A stretch of 64,000 nt of DNA from Candidatus Latescibacterota bacterium (GCA_965203175.1 OZ241867.1:1216001-1280000), one strand, 5' to 3'; positions 30,960-42,034 are shown, counted from the first letter of the stretch. Numbers and translations are program-made. Notes: generated by a model not told the origin, from the letters alone.

Positions 30960-32483
30960 GTGCAAACAGAGATTTTTATCAACCAAGGCATTCACGAATC
31001 CCGTATTGCCATCTTGGAAGAGGGACGTCTAGCGGAAGTATGGGTCGAAAGACCTGAAAATGAGCGGACAGTAGGAGACATATACAAAGGAGTTGTATCG
31101 GCCGTTTTGCCCGGGCTACAGGCCGCATTTGTCGAGATTGGCCAAGACCGCACTGCGTTCCTCCAGGTGCGCGATATGATGGAAGCAGACAGAGACGAGA
31201 CCGATGGAGCGCGCAACGGGCGCCGCTCTCGCCATCGCGGTTTTCCTTCTATTCAAGACCTGATCAAGAAGGGCGAAGAGGTGTTGGTGCAGGTCACCAA
31301 AGAGCCCATCGGCACTAAAGGTGCCCGTGTGACAACCCAGTTATCGCTTCCGGGCCGTTTTATGGTGCTGGTTCCGGGAGGCGATTGGGTTGGTGTTTCC
31401 CGCAAGATCACCAGTCGGAACGAACGCAAGAGATTGAGAGATCTGGTATTCAAGATCAAACCCGACGGCTACTCAGTAATCGTGCGCACCGAAGGACAGA
31501 ATCAGAGCGACCGCGAGTTCAAGCGCGATATGAAGCAGTTGGTGAAAAACTACGAGCGCCTGATCAAGACGAGCAGGAAGGTCGAAGCTCCGGCCTTAGT
31601 GTACAAGGAAATGGGCATGACCTCCAGCGTAATACGCGACCTGTTCACCGACAATGTGGAACGGCTGGTCGTCGATAGCAAAGAGTTGTACAAGGAGATC
31701 TCCGCTTATTTGCGCCAAGTTTCACCTGAGTTGCGCCAACGGGTTGAGTTTTACCGGGACCGTCGGCCCATTTTCGATGCCTTCAACATTGAGGAAGATA
31801 TCGAGAAGGCGACCAACCGCACAGTGTGGTTGCGGCGGGGTGGAGCCTTGGTCATCGACTACGCCGAGGCAGGGACTTTTATTGACGTGAATTCAGCCCG
31901 TTACCTCGGCTCAGACGATCAGGAGGAAAACAACCTTAATACCAATCTGAAGGCGGCCCGTGAGATTGCTCGCCAACTCAAGCTCCGCGACATCGGCGGA
32001 ATTATCGTCATTGACTTTATCGATATGAATGACGAGCGCAATCGCAAAAAGGTTGTTGACTGCTTGGTCGAGGAGTTCAAACGGGATCGGGCGAAGGTCT
32101 CTATCAGCCCGCACATCAGCGAGTTCGGCCTAGTCGAAATGACTCGCCAGCGCGTCCGTCCAAACCTGTTGCACACTCACAGCGAACCTTGTCCCATTTG
32201 CAGTGGCACAGGCCGGATTATGGGACCAGACACAACCCTGACTTGGATTGAGCGCTGGCTTCAGCGTTCCTATGCTGCCACCCGCGAGAGGCGATACGTG
32301 TTAAAGGTCCATCCCGATGTGGCCACCTATATGCTAGAAAACCGCGAGGAACGGCTCAAGTCGTTGCGCAAGGCGACCAAAGCTCGCCTCCAAATTGAGA
32401 CTGATTCCACTTTGGCTCCCCAAGACTATCGCTTCTTCTCAACCAAACGCAGCTTGGATGTGACGGCCGAGTTTCGGGTTTGA
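30960..32483 (+). CDS. rng: Ribonuclease E/G family (RNase G-sized)
   Basis: S1 domain GDIYKG..LPGLQAAFVEIG, IDVNS, LRDIGGIIVIDFID, CPICSGTG. Confidence 0.9.
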   Translation: MQTEIFINQGIHESRIAILEEGRLAEVWVERPENERTVGDIYKGVVSAVLPGLQAAFVEIGQDRTAFLQVRDMMEADRDETDGARNGRRSRHRGFPSIQDLIKKGEEVLVQVTKEPIGTKGARVTTQLSLPGRFMVLVPGGDWVGVSRKITSRNERKRLRDLVFKIKPDGYSVIVRTEGQNQSDREFKRDMKQLVKNYERLIKTSRKVEAPALVYKEMGMTSSVIRDLFTDNVERLVVDSKELYKEISAYLRQVSPELRQRVEFYRDRRPIFDAFNIEEDIEKATNRTVWLRRGGALVIDYAEAGTFIDVNSARYLGSDDQEENNLNTNLKAAREIARQLKLRDIGGIIVIDFIDMNDERNRKKVVDCLVEEFKRDRAKVSISPHISEFGLVEMTRQRVRPNLLHTHSEPCPICSGTGRIMGPDTTLTWIERWLQRSYAATRERRYVLKVHPDVATYMLENREERLKSLRKATKARLQIETDSTLAPQDYRFFSTKRSLDVTAEFRV

Positions 32484-32508
32484 CAGAAAAAATTTCGACT
32501 CATATCTT
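32480..32508 (+). promoter_or_regulatory. Sigma70-type promoter for rplU-rpmA
   Basis: TTGACA-N17-TATCTT. Confidence 0.6.
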
Positions 32509-32559
32509 TAGAGGCTTCTTGGTTGATCGTGCAGCAGTCTTTTCGTAGGAGTGCAATTC

Positions 32560-32877
32560 ATGTATGCAGTTGTCAATATCGCCGGCCATCAAGTCAAAGT
32601 CGACAAGGGTCAGAGTCTGCGCGTACCCCGGCTTCAGGCCGAAGAGGGTAGCACTCAGGAATTTACCGACGTACTGCTAGTTTCCGGCGATGACGAGACT
32701 ATGGTTGGCAGCCCCACGGTCGAGGGGGCCAGTGTTTCGGCGACCATCGTCGGCCACGGCCGCGGCGACAAGATCGTCGTTTTTAAGAAGAAGCGGCGCA
32801 AAAAATACCGGCGGCGCACTGGCCACCGCCAGGATTACACCGAGATTCGGGTCGAGGACATCGTTCTCCCGAACTGA
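32560..32877 (+). CDS. rplU: 50S ribosomal protein L21
   Basis: [14 protein letters not shown]...[19 protein letters not shown]. Confidence 0.97.
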   Translation: MYAVVNIAGHQVKVDKGQSLRVPRLQAEEGSTQEFTDVLLVSGDDETMVGSPTVEGASVSATIVGHGRGDKIVVFKKKRRKKYRRRTGHRQDYTEIRVEDIVLPN

Positions 32878-32897
32878 GTGCGAAAGGACTAAGTATT

Positions 32898-33152
32898 ATG
32901 GCTCATAAAAAGGGCGTCGGCAGTTCTAAAAATGGGCGCGATAGCAATGCCCAACGTCTAGGCGTTAAGCGCTTTGGCGGAGAGAAGGTCAGCGCGGGCT
33001 CAATTATCGTGCGGCAACGCGGTACGCGTATCCATCCGGGCGTCAACGTCAAGAAGGGCGGAGACGATACGCTCTTCGCCACAATTGACGGGCAGGTGAA
33101 GTTTGAGGCTTTTGGCAAGAAGGGCAAGCGGGTGAGCGTCTACGCCGCCTGA
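32898..33152 (+). CDS. rpmA: 50S ribosomal protein L27
   Basis: [16 protein letters not shown]. Confidence 0.98.
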   Translation: MAHKKGVGSSKNGRDSNAQRLGVKRFGGEKVSAGSIIVRQRGTRIHPGVNVKKGGDDTLFATIDGQVKFEAFGKKGKRVSVYAA

Positions 33153-33199
33153 GAAGGTGCGTTAATAAACCACAACTCGAATAATCCATAGTTATTGAA

Positions 33200-33234
33200 G
33201 CAGGCTCTACCGGAATGGTTGGGCCTGTTTTTTT
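33200..33234 (+). terminator. Intrinsic terminator after rpmA
   Basis: GCAGGCTC...GGGCCTGT stem followed by a T run. Confidence 0.65.
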
Positions 33235-33321
33235 GACTTCGTGCCTAGGTGACTGGCAGACTCCGGTCGGTCTCGTTCAGAAGTTTGCAGCCATTGGGCA
33301 CATATTATCTGCTTGGGATGA

Positions 33322-34074
33322 TCACTCCTCCAGCATCAGGTGCGATTTAGGCTCCCAGCCCAAGAGGGCTCGTGCTTTGGACATATTCATCTCGCGGTGG
33401 TCGGCGTCGCCCGATATGAAGAAGGCGTCACAGCGGCCATGTCCTGTGCACACGTAGTCTAGAGCGGCTAGATAGGCTTTGGCCAAATCTTCCTCGTCGG
33501 TAAAGTAAAGACTGCCGGGAGGGTAGTGTGGTGGATTTTTGGCTTGTTCTAGGAATTGCTCCCGGGTGCGCGGACCGGTAATGCGCAGGACTGCCAACTT
33601 CATGTCAAATTGGCGGGCAAAATAGCGGCAAATGCCCTCGGCTAGTCCCTTAGTGAAGCCGTACACACTGGGGCTATCAAGTGGTACTTCCTCTTCGGAC
33701 GGATAATAGGAGCGGGCGCGGTAGTGGGCGCTCATGGTGGAGGTGTGGACGCCTCTTTTGATACCTAGCCTCCAAGCTGTATACAGGAGCAGGTGCAGTC
33801 CCAGGCAGTTGACCGTGTAGTTATCGACGATCTGGGCCTCGGTTTGGTCTCTGTCGAAGCCGCCTTGGCCGCTCTTCATGGTCATGTTGATGAAGGCGTC
33901 CACTCCGTCTAAGGCACAGGCGAGAGCCTCCGGGTCGGCAATAGAGCCTTCGATGTATTCTACCTCGTGCCGAGGCTTGGCGATGTCCAACACGCGCAGA
34001 TCGTGATGGCGTCTAAGGTAGGGAGTAGTGCAGGTGCCGACGTGGCCGGCCCCGCCGATTAACAAAATTTTCAC
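33322..34074 (-). CDS. NAD-dependent epimerase/dehydratase (extended SDR, uronate dehydrogenase-like)
   Basis: GGAGHVG Rossmann motif; YGFTK (YxxxK). Confidence 0.8.
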   Translation of the reverse strand: MKILLIGGAGHVGTCTTPYLRRHHDLRVLDIAKPRHEVEYIEGSIADPEALACALDGVDAFINMTMKSGQGGFDRDQTEAQIVDNYTVNCLGLHLLLYTAWRLGIKRGVHTSTMSAHYRARSYYPSEEEVPLDSPSVYGFTKGLAEGICRYFARQFDMKLAVLRITGPRTREQFLEQAKNPPHYPPGSLYFTDEEDLAKAYLAALDYVCTGHGRCDAFFISGDADHREMNMSKARALLGWEPKSHLMLEE

Positions 34075-34242
34075 CAGTCACCTCCTCGGAGTCTTTGGAT
34101 ATGGCTGAATATTATAGGATTTCCCAACAATCGACAGCCCTAATTTAGTACTTGTGCTGGTCTCCTCCTAGATCGCCTTGCTGGTATAGGGAGGTTTTTA
34201 TACTCTTTTCCTTTGCCTTCCATCAAATAGAAGATAATGCCC

Positions 34243-35400
<1,158 letters not shown>

Positions 35401-35413
35401 GAGGAATACGGGA

Positions 35414-36283
35414 ATGAGCGTTTTAATCGACGAAAACACCAAGGTCTTCGTACAGGCAATTACGGGGTCGGAGGGATCATTTCACACTCGCCAAATGCTG
35501 GAGTACGGCACGAAAGTGGTCGGAGGGGCAACACCTGGCAAAGGCGGCCAAGAATTTGAGGGCATCCCGGTGTTTAATACGGTCGCCGAAGGCGTTGAGG
35601 CCACAGGAGCCTATGCATCAATCATCTTTGTGCCAGCCCCCTTTGCCGCTGACGCCATCATGGAAGCGGCCGATGTCGGTATAGACCTGGTCATCTGCAT
35701 CACCGAGAATATCCCCGTGAGCGATATGGTCAAAGCCTACCATTACGTCCAAGCGCGCTCTACTCGGCTGATCGGGCCTAATTGCCCGGGCATTATCTCG
35801 CCGGGGAAGTGCAAAATCGGCATTATGCCCGGTTTTATCCACCAGCCCGGCCGAGTGGGCATTATCTCGCGCAGTGGAACGTTGACCTATGAAGCCGTGG
35901 GGCAGCTTACGGAGCGGGGCCTAGGCCAGTCCACAGCCATCGGCATTGGCGGCGATCCAATCATCGGTACGCGCTTTGTGGACGCGCTGGCTCTCTTTAA
36001 GGACGACCCCGAGACCGATGCGGTCGTAATGATCGGCGAAATCGGGGGCACGGCTGAAGAAGAAGCGGCCGCCTATATCAAAGAACGCTACGACAAGCCC
36101 GTCATTGGCTTTATCGCGGGGCGCACGGCACCTCCAGGGCGGCGGATGGGACATGCAGGAGCTATTATTTCAGGTGGTAAGGGAACCGCCGAGGACAAGA
36201 TGGCGGCGATGCGGGAAGCGGGGATTCACATCTGTGAGAGTCCTGCGGAAATTGGGGAAACGGTGGAGAAGGCGCTGAGCTGA
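35414..36283 (+). CDS. sucD: Succinyl-CoA synthetase alpha subunit
   Basis: [23 protein letters not shown] phospho-His motif. Confidence 0.98.
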   Translation: MSVLIDENTKVFVQAITGSEGSFHTRQMLEYGTKVVGGATPGKGGQEFEGIPVFNTVAEGVEATGAYASIIFVPAPFAADAIMEAADVGIDLVICITENIPVSDMVKAYHYVQARSTRLIGPNCPGIISPGKCKIGIMPGFIHQPGRVGIISRSGTLTYEAVGQLTERGLGQSTAIGIGGDPIIGTRFVDALALFKDDPETDAVVMIGEIGGTAEEEAAAYIKERYDKPVIGFIAGRTAPPGRRMGHAGAIISGGKGTAEDKMAAMREAGIHICESPAEIGETVEKALS

Positions 36284-36317
36284 TTGGGAACGTTTTTCCA
36301 ACAATTCAATAATCGGG

Positions 36318-37133
36318 CTAAGAGAAATCCCTCTTAACCAGCAGCGGCATAATGGCGGGTTGGCGGCTGAGAAGCAGGAGGCCGGCAAGTAGGATTAGGC
36401 TGGCGAGGAGGGCCAAGGGCATGGGGAGATGTTGGGAGGGGCCTATGCCATTTATGCCTAGATGAGTGTGCAGGTTGACTCCAGTTATCGAAGCCAAGTT
36501 GTTGACCGCGTGGGCGAGCATGGCAGGATAGATGCTGTGAGTCCAGTAAACCAAAGCGCCGAGGAAGAGTCCAAAGAGGAAGAGGGGGATTAGTTGCCAA
36601 GGGTTGAAGTGCGAGATGGCGAAGAGCAGGGCCGAGCCGCCTAGCGCCCAACGCGGCCCATAATGGGCGTAAAGACTCGTGAACACAAGTCCGCGGAAGA
36701 GCGGCTCTTCGCAGAATGTAGGGACTAGCACTAGTGTTACCAGTCCCCTCGGGACCTCCGCCAGTCCGCGGATAATCTGAACCTCCAGTAGGTTTTTCTG
36801 AAAGGACAGTGGCATAGATAAGTCTATCCGGTCGAACAACTGGGCCAGATACAAATCGAATTCGGCGACTACGAGGCTACAGCAAACAGTCACCGGGATT
36901 GTCAGCAACAGAGTCGCAGCTGGCGTGGCATTGAACAGAAGCAGGTCTTCGGCGATTAGGCGATGACGGCGGATATAAAGGGCCACAAACCACAGCAGGG
37001 TACATTCGGCAGCAATAATACCAGCATGTAGGGATAAAAGCCCGACGATGGGCCAAACTACGAAGTGAGCCAGCAGGAGAGTAGGTAGAGTTACGCGGAG
37101 AATCTGGGAAAATTGGGGGTAGTGAGCATGCAT
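36318..37133 (-). CDS. CPBP-family (CAAX/Abi) intramembrane metalloprotease
   Basis: EEPLFRG, FAISH, HAVNN motifs; hydrophobic. Start uncertain. Confidence 0.85.
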   Translation of the reverse strand: MHAHYPQFSQILRVTLPTLLLAHFVVWPIVGLLSLHAGIIAAECTLLWFVALYIRRHRLIAEDLLLFNATPAATLLLTIPVTVCCSLVVAEFDLYLAQLFDRIDLSMPLSFQKNLLEVQIIRGLAEVPRGLVTLVLVPTFCEEPLFRGLVFTSLYAHYGPRWALGGSALLFAISHFNPWQLIPLFLFGLFLGALVYWTHSIYPAMLAHAVNNLASITGVNLHTHLGINGIGPSQHLPMPLALLASLILLAGLLLLSRQPAIMPLLVKRDFS

Positions 37134-37164
37134 AGGGCTATTTAGAGAGTCTGCTAGGTAGTTG

Positions 37165-38106
37165 TTAAGACGCCTTTGAATGGGCAATCGCCTGTAGATA
37201 ACCCCGAGTGCGGCTGGACCAGAACAAATAACTAAAAAACAGCCCCGGGACATAGGTTTTCACAAGCCAGCGGGTCAACCAGCGAATTGGATAGTGGATC
37301 AGCGGCAACAGGGCTAGCTGGAGCGCGAGCCGCCGAGGAGAAAACGCCGAGGCCCTGATAAAGTCCAATCGAAGTACGGCGTCAAGTTCGGGATGCTTAT
37401 TTAAAAGGATGGGGATTGACTTGTTGCCGTAGGTTTGCATCAGACGGCAAAGTGGCTCCAATGAACGCAAGTGATAGTGATAGGACAGGGCTTCAGGGGC
37501 ATAATAAAGCGGAATACCCGCCAAATGGAGGCGATACCCCAATTCTAGGTCTTCGCCGCCATAAGCAGTGAGATCCTCGTCGAAAAAACCCACGCGGAGC
37601 AGGCTCGATCGGCGAACTGAGGAGTTACCGGTGACGAAGCAGTTGAAAGGTATGGGCTTATCCTCGTCGACCCTGTGGACCCCCCTCCCTTCGATATAGC
37701 GGGTCAGGGAGGTGTTGGGAATTTCACTGGCGAAGCGGACGTTGCCAACAAAAACGGCTTCCTCGTGGTTTTGATGCCGTTGGACATGGGCGCGGAGAAA
37801 ATTGGAGCCGACGATCATGTCGCTGTCGAGAAAGATGACGATCTCGCCGCTGGCGACCCGCAGTGCTGTGTTGCGGGTCCGAGCGCGGCCCTGGTTCTGT
37901 TCGTTGCGAAGCAGCCGCAATTGCAAAGGCGCAACTGCCGCATGCGACCGCTCGGAGTCCAAGTGGGGAGAAGCATCGTCCACCACGATGATTTGGATTG
38001 CCTCGTGGGGGTAATCTTGCTGAGACAGGCTCTTAAGTGCCGCTTCGAGGCGCTCAGGCTCGTCATAGGTAGGCATTACGACGCTGAGCGTCAGCGGGGC
38101 ACTCAT
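37165..38106 (-). CDS. Glycosyltransferase family 2
   Basis: SVVMPTY, VVDDAS, FLDSD, GFFDE...GGEDLELGYRL. Confidence 0.9.
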   Translation of the reverse strand: MSAPLTLSVVMPTYDEPERLEAALKSLSQQDYPHEAIQIIVVDDASPHLDSERSHAAVAPLQLRLLRNEQNQGRARTRNTALRVASGEIVIFLDSDMIVGSNFLRAHVQRHQNHEEAVFVGNVRFASEIPNTSLTRYIEGRGVHRVDEDKPIPFNCFVTGNSSVRRSSLLRVGFFDEDLTAYGGEDLELGYRLHLAGIPLYYAPEALSYHYHLRSLEPLCRLMQTYGNKSIPILLNKHPELDAVLRLDFIRASAFSPRRLALQLALLPLIHYPIRWLTRWLVKTYVPGLFFSYLFWSSRTRGYLQAIAHSKAS

Positions 38107-39218
38107 GCTAAGGTTGCGTAAAGCTGGGTGAGTTGGACAGATTCCCGTTCCCAGTTATAGTATTGTGCCGCCTGCAAACTCGCCTTGGCACACGCCTCTC
38201 GCTGTTCTGCATTGCCCAAAAAAGCGGCGATCTGCTCTCTAATGGCAGCTATATCGGTTGGATCGACCGTAGCTCCGGTACGCGTTTCCCGGATGATGCG
38301 CTGCATTTCAGGAAAGTTGCTGGCTAAGACCGGTAGCCCGGCCATCATATATTCAAAGAGCTTGTTGGGCAGAGAGTAGTAGAAGCTCTTGCCTGTGCCT
38401 TTGATCAGACACAGCCCCAAGTCGGCCGAGCAAGTATAATTGTGAAGTTGGTGAAAGGGCACCCGAGGAATAAAATAGACCCGATCTTCTAGGCCCGCAG
38501 CGCGGACTTGATTCCTCAGGGCCTGTTCGCTAGGGCCGTCCCCAATTAGAACTAGGGCGGCGGTAAGCCCAGCGGCGGCCTCAATTTGCTCGCGCAAACC
38601 GTTTTCGGTGAGGAAACCCCCTTGGTAGAGAACAATAGGGCGGTCATCGGGTAGTTCCAGCGTTTCGCGTATCAGGTTGCTTTGGACCTTATGGCGGAAT
38701 AGCGGCAAATTGCGCAGAACAACAACCTCGTCAAGGCGGTAACGCTCCCTGAGTGATTGGGCGATAGACCCGCTGACGGTTATGACGCGATCTATCCGTC
38801 TTATCAGCCGTCTCTCTAGCAAATGCCAGCAGGACCGCATGAGCGGTCGGTTGACCAGTGAGGATTGTTCGGTCCAAAATTCGTGCGCGTCATAGACGAT
38901 AGGCCGATCTAGTCGCTGTGCAGCCCGCACTGCTGGCCAGAGCGAGTCTAGATCGTGGGCGTGATAGGCGTCTGGATGGATATCGACTAGCAGTGGATAG
39001 GCTCGCTGCCAAAACAAAGGATAGAGGCGGCGTAGCGAGCGGCTTCGGTCTAGCTGGATCGGATGTATTTCAAAATCGTCCCATCCCTTGAGCGGGGCTG
39101 GATTGAACGAGGAAGCGACGATGACGACTTGGTGACCTGCACGGAGCAGCGAAGTGGCCTCTCGGTAGATGCGGTAGTCGAAATTCAGGTCGGTGAAGGC
39201 GACCATACAGATACGCAT
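38103..39218 (-). CDS. Glycosyltransferase family 4
   Basis: HAHDLD, YDAHE, LPNKLFEYMMAGLPVLAS. Confidence 0.9.
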   Translation of the reverse strand: MRICMVAFTDLNFDYRIYREATSLLRAGHQVVIVASSFNPAPLKGWDDFEIHPIQLDRSRSLRRLYPLFWQRAYPLLVDIHPDAYHAHDLDSLWPAVRAAQRLDRPIVYDAHEFWTEQSSLVNRPLMRSCWHLLERRLIRRIDRVITVSGSIAQSLRERYRLDEVVVLRNLPLFRHKVQSNLIRETLELPDDRPIVLYQGGFLTENGLREQIEAAAGLTAALVLIGDGPSEQALRNQVRAAGLEDRVYFIPRVPFHQLHNYTCSADLGLCLIKGTGKSFYYSLPNKLFEYMMAGLPVLASNFPEMQRIIRETRTGATVDPTDIAAIREQIAAFLGNAEQREACAKASLQAAQYYNWERESVQLTQLYATLA

Positions 39219-39242
39219 GGCGTATATACAAGGAAAAAGAAT

Positions 39243-39278
39243 AAAATAAAAAGCAGCCCATCTAAAAATGGGCTGCTT
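39243..39278 (-). terminator. Intrinsic terminator closing the candidate sRNA
   Basis: AAGCAGCCCAT/ATGGGCTGCTT stem followed on the minus strand by TTTATTTTATT. Confidence 0.8.
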
Positions 39279-39450
39279 ATAAAATTAAAGAGTATGGCGG
39301 CCAGATGGTGTGATCTTGAAACGCAAGTGAGATCCTCAAACGAGGCGGTGTGGGGAGGTAGTTTTGAAGATCTCAACGACCCGAAAAGGGAAATCCGAGC
39401 TTCGCGGATCAGGATTTTGGCCACGCTAGCGGACCGCCACACTCTATTTA
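39245..39450 (-). ncRNA. Candidate structured small RNA (~200 nt)
   Basis: Own promoter and terminator; 14-bp closing stem (39432-39445 with 39289-39302) and 12-bp inner stem (39363-39374 with 39329-39340). All non-Watson-Crick pairs are G-U on this strand. Confidence 0.65.
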
Positions 39451-39456
39451 GAAACA

Positions 39457-39485
39457 AAAATACACACGCTAGATTGTGTTGTCAA
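39457..39485 (-). promoter_or_regulatory. Sigma70 promoter of the candidate sRNA, containing a CACA-N8-TGTG operator
   Basis: TTGACA-N17-TATTTT with extended TG; the spacer carries CACACGCTAGATTGTG. Confidence 0.65.
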
Positions 39486-39522
39486 GTAGAAAAGCACAAG
39501 CATGGAAAATGATAACGAAGTC

Positions 39523-39551
39523 TTGCACACTTACAAGTGTGTGCGTATATT
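39523..39551 (+). promoter_or_regulatory. Sigma70 promoter of the XRE gene with a palindromic operator
   Basis: TTGCAC-N17-TATATT; operator CACACTT-AC-AAGTGTG at 39526-39541. Confidence 0.65.
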
Positions 39552-39591
39552 TGACAGAGGAGATGGTTGAAAGCAATTCAGGGGGATCGCG

Positions 39592-40125
39592 ATGCAGTTT
39601 GCTGAAATGATCAAGGAGGCGCGGCTACAAGCTAAGCTAAGTCAGCAGAGATTGGCCGACCAACTCGTGACGGCGCGAAAGCCCGAGGGCGTTTGGGCAA
39701 CCTATATAGGACAAATTGAAAAGGGAGAGAAAGTTCCTTCCGACGAGGTGTGTATCAAGTTAGCCGAGGTTTTGGAGCTCGACTCCAACATCGTATTGAT
39801 TGCGGCTTATGAGGCCAAGGCGAGTTCGGAGGAGGGACGCGCGCTCTATGGCAAGATGATGCGCTCGCTGTCGGACCCAGTGGTCAATAAACTCCTATCT
39901 AGTGAAGAACCTTTGGATCCAGCCCTGTTGGGGGTGCTTTCCAACCCAGAAATAGCGGTTCTGCTCGGGGATCAACCGTGGTTAGAGGCCGTTGTCCGGG
40001 CGCGCAAGAACCAGAAGGAACGCGATGTATTGGGTCTGCTCGAGAAAGTAGAGGCGATGAACGACACACAGTGGGATACGATAATGGGCATTATAGCGAC
40101 TTGGGATTTGAAGCCGTCTAGCTGA
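39592..40125 (+). CDS. XRE-family HTH transcriptional regulator
   Basis: IKEARLQAKLSQQRLA...TYIGQIEKGEKVPS...KLAEVL. Confidence 0.85.
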   Translation: MQFAEMIKEARLQAKLSQQRLADQLVTARKPEGVWATYIGQIEKGEKVPSDEVCIKLAEVLELDSNIVLIAAYEAKASSEEGRALYGKMMRSLSDPVVNKLLSSEEPLDPALLGVLSNPEIAVLLGDQPWLEAVVRARKNQKERDVLGLLEKVEAMNDTQWDTIMGIIATWDLKPSS

Positions 40126-40191
40126 GGAGGCCGATTCGCTTAGTAGCTCAGAAAACCACCGTGCAAAGATTTAATGTCTAGTGGGAAGGAC

Positions 40192-40680
40192 TTAGAAGTC
40201 GGGTAGTTTATACTCCCCGCGCTCAATGGCTTGCTCTAACTCTTGGTGGAAGGTGCTGTCTAGGTGGGAGGTAATTTTCCAACCGCTGGAATCGCGAATA
40301 AAATAAAAGAATGGCGACGCACGCTCATCTCCTAGCGTGGAGGCATCGAAGAGTAAGTAACCTATGCGCTCGTTGATAATGCGCTCTTCGGCGATTTCGC
40401 GCCGCAGTTGCGCCTTTATCTCGGCCGGCGTCTTTTGCCGCCAGCGTTCGACAAAGCCCTGACGATCTTCTCCCTCTATTTGCGAAGAACTGAAACATTC
40501 CCAAAGCAGATCAAAGTCGCTGTTTTCTAGCGCATACTTATAGGTCTGGAAAGTCTGGACCGGATGGGAGAAGCGTTGGTCTATGTCTTCACTAGCACAG
40601 CCGTGAAGGAGGGCGAGGCAAAGAAATAGTTGTAGGGCCATAGTGCGTAGCGCAAGGATCAGTATCTTGAGCAATGTCAA
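40192..40680 (-). CDS. Hypothetical lipoprotein
   Basis: Hydrophobic stretch followed by an LHGC lipobox. Start is 40641 or 40680. Confidence 0.6.
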   Translation of the reverse strand: MTLLKILILALRTMALQLFLCLALLHGCASEDIDQRFSHPVQTFQTYKYALENSDFDLLWECFSSSQIEGEDRQGFVERWRQKTPAEIKAQLRREIAEERIINERIGYLLFDASTLGDERASPFFYFIRDSSGWKITSHLDSTFHQELEQAIERGEYKLPDF

Positions 40681-40721
40681 CTACTTGGTAGGAGCTAAGT
40701 CTGCGCCGCCCAAATTAGGTT

Positions 40722-41417
40722 TCAGCGCTTGGCTTTATTAACGAGTAATTCGATGGCGTCGCGCAGCCGGGCAGCTTCTTCGTATTCTTCGCAGATAACG
40801 GCCTGCTGTAGCTGATGCTGAAGCAGGCTGAGCTCGTCTTTTTCTTCTTTGGGGGGCCGTTGAGCTTCGGCCTCTTCGGCGTTCCGCTTCGGTGGACGGA
40901 TGTTCGCCGTATCTGTATCTATATTGAGCGATCTAGAAATCTGCGCCTCAAACTCGTAGAAGCGGTTCAATGTGTGTTCGAGATCCAAGTCGGTTTCCAA
41001 AGGCTCCAAGCCCACCTCATCGAGCAACGCATGAGAAGCGTAGATAGGCGAATCAGTACGCAAGGCCAAAGCGATGGCGTCGCTGGGACGTGCGTCGATG
41101 TCTTTTATTGTGTGATTCTTCTCAATGACGACCCTCGCGTAGTAGATTGAGTGGTGCACGTTGTGAATGACAACGTGACGCACATTTATCGCAAGGTTGT
41201 TGACCATAGAAGAGAGCAAGTCGTAGGAAATCGGGCGTATGGGCCCATCGTTTTCTAGCCGCATCCGAATGGCGGCGGCCTCAAATTCGCCAATGGGAAT
41301 GGGCAAGAGCCGTGGCAGTTCTCCCTCCTTCTCGCTCAACCATACCAAGGGTCTATCCTCGCGCAAATAGGGACTCACCTTGACCACGGTCATCTCGACT
41401 AAAGAGGTGTTACTCAT
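40722..41417 (-). CDS. Bifunctional nuclease family (DUF151) with UvrB/UvrC motif, paralog 1
   Basis: LPIPIGEFEA, RPISYDL, IDARPSDAIALA, EEYEEAARLRD. Confidence 0.9.
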   Translation of the reverse strand: MSNTSLVEMTVVKVSPYLREDRPLVWLSEKEGELPRLLPIPIGEFEAAAIRMRLENDGPIRPISYDLLSSMVNNLAINVRHVVIHNVHHSIYYARVVIEKNHTIKDIDARPSDAIALALRTDSPIYASHALLDEVGLEPLETDLDLEHTLNRFYEFEAQISRSLNIDTDTANIRPPKRNAEEAEAQRPPKEEKDELSLLQHQLQQAVICEEYEEAARLRDAIELLVNKAKR

Positions 41418-42034
41418 TAATCATCCTCGTTGAGACGACTAATCTCGTCGCGAAGCCTCGCCGCCTCCTCGTATATTTCTTCGGCGACAGCTTGGCGCAT
41501 GCGTCTTTTTAGTTGTTCTAGCTGATTGACGGCTGGTGGGGAAATGATGGGATGGTCACCCTGCGATGCGGCCACAGGTTTGGCGAGGGCTTCAACGTCG
41601 GCCTTAACCCATTCGTCATCGTTAGAGCGAACGCAGCCTTCCTCTTTGAGGATTTTGATGGCGGCGTAGATCGGCGCGCGAAAGCGCAAGGCTAGGGCAA
41701 TTGCATCGCTGGGGCGTGCATCGAGAGTATGGGTCTTACCCTCATCGTCAACGAGGAGAATCTCGGCATAGTACGTTCTCTCGCGTAAGTTAAAGTCAGT
41801 GATTTCGACCCGGACTACCCGGGCATCGACATTGGCGAGAATCTGATGAGCTAGGTCATAACTGATGGGACGCGCGGGTCGCCGCTTGCTGTGGGCCATA
41901 GAAATGGCAGCCGCCTCAAAGCGGCCGATGACAATGTGCAGATAATAGTTGCCCTCGACTTCTTTGAGTACTACTTCAGGGTATAAAGATTGAGATTTGC
42001 TGCTTAAGACCTCCTTAACTTCCATCAGAACCAT
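41417..42034 (-). CDS. Bifunctional nuclease family (DUF151) with UvrB/UvrC motif, paralog 2
   Basis: IGRFEA, RPISYDL, LDARPSDAIALA, EIYEEAARLRDEI. Confidence 0.9.
   Translation of the reverse strand: MVLMEVKEVLSSKSQSLYPEVVLKEVEGNYYLHIVIGRFEAAAISMAHSKRRPARPISYDLAHQILANVDARVVRVEITDFNLRERTYYAEILLVDDEGKTHTLDARPSDAIALALRFRAPIYAAIKILKEEGCVRSNDDEWVKADVEALAKPVAASQGDHPIISPPAVNQLEQLKRRMRQAVAEEIYEEAARLRDEISRLNEDD

Noticed and set aside
39063-39512. 149-aa (+) and 90-aa (-) ORFs across the sRNA region
   Set aside because: No recognisable motifs or RBS; they run through a terminator and overlap the GT4 start.
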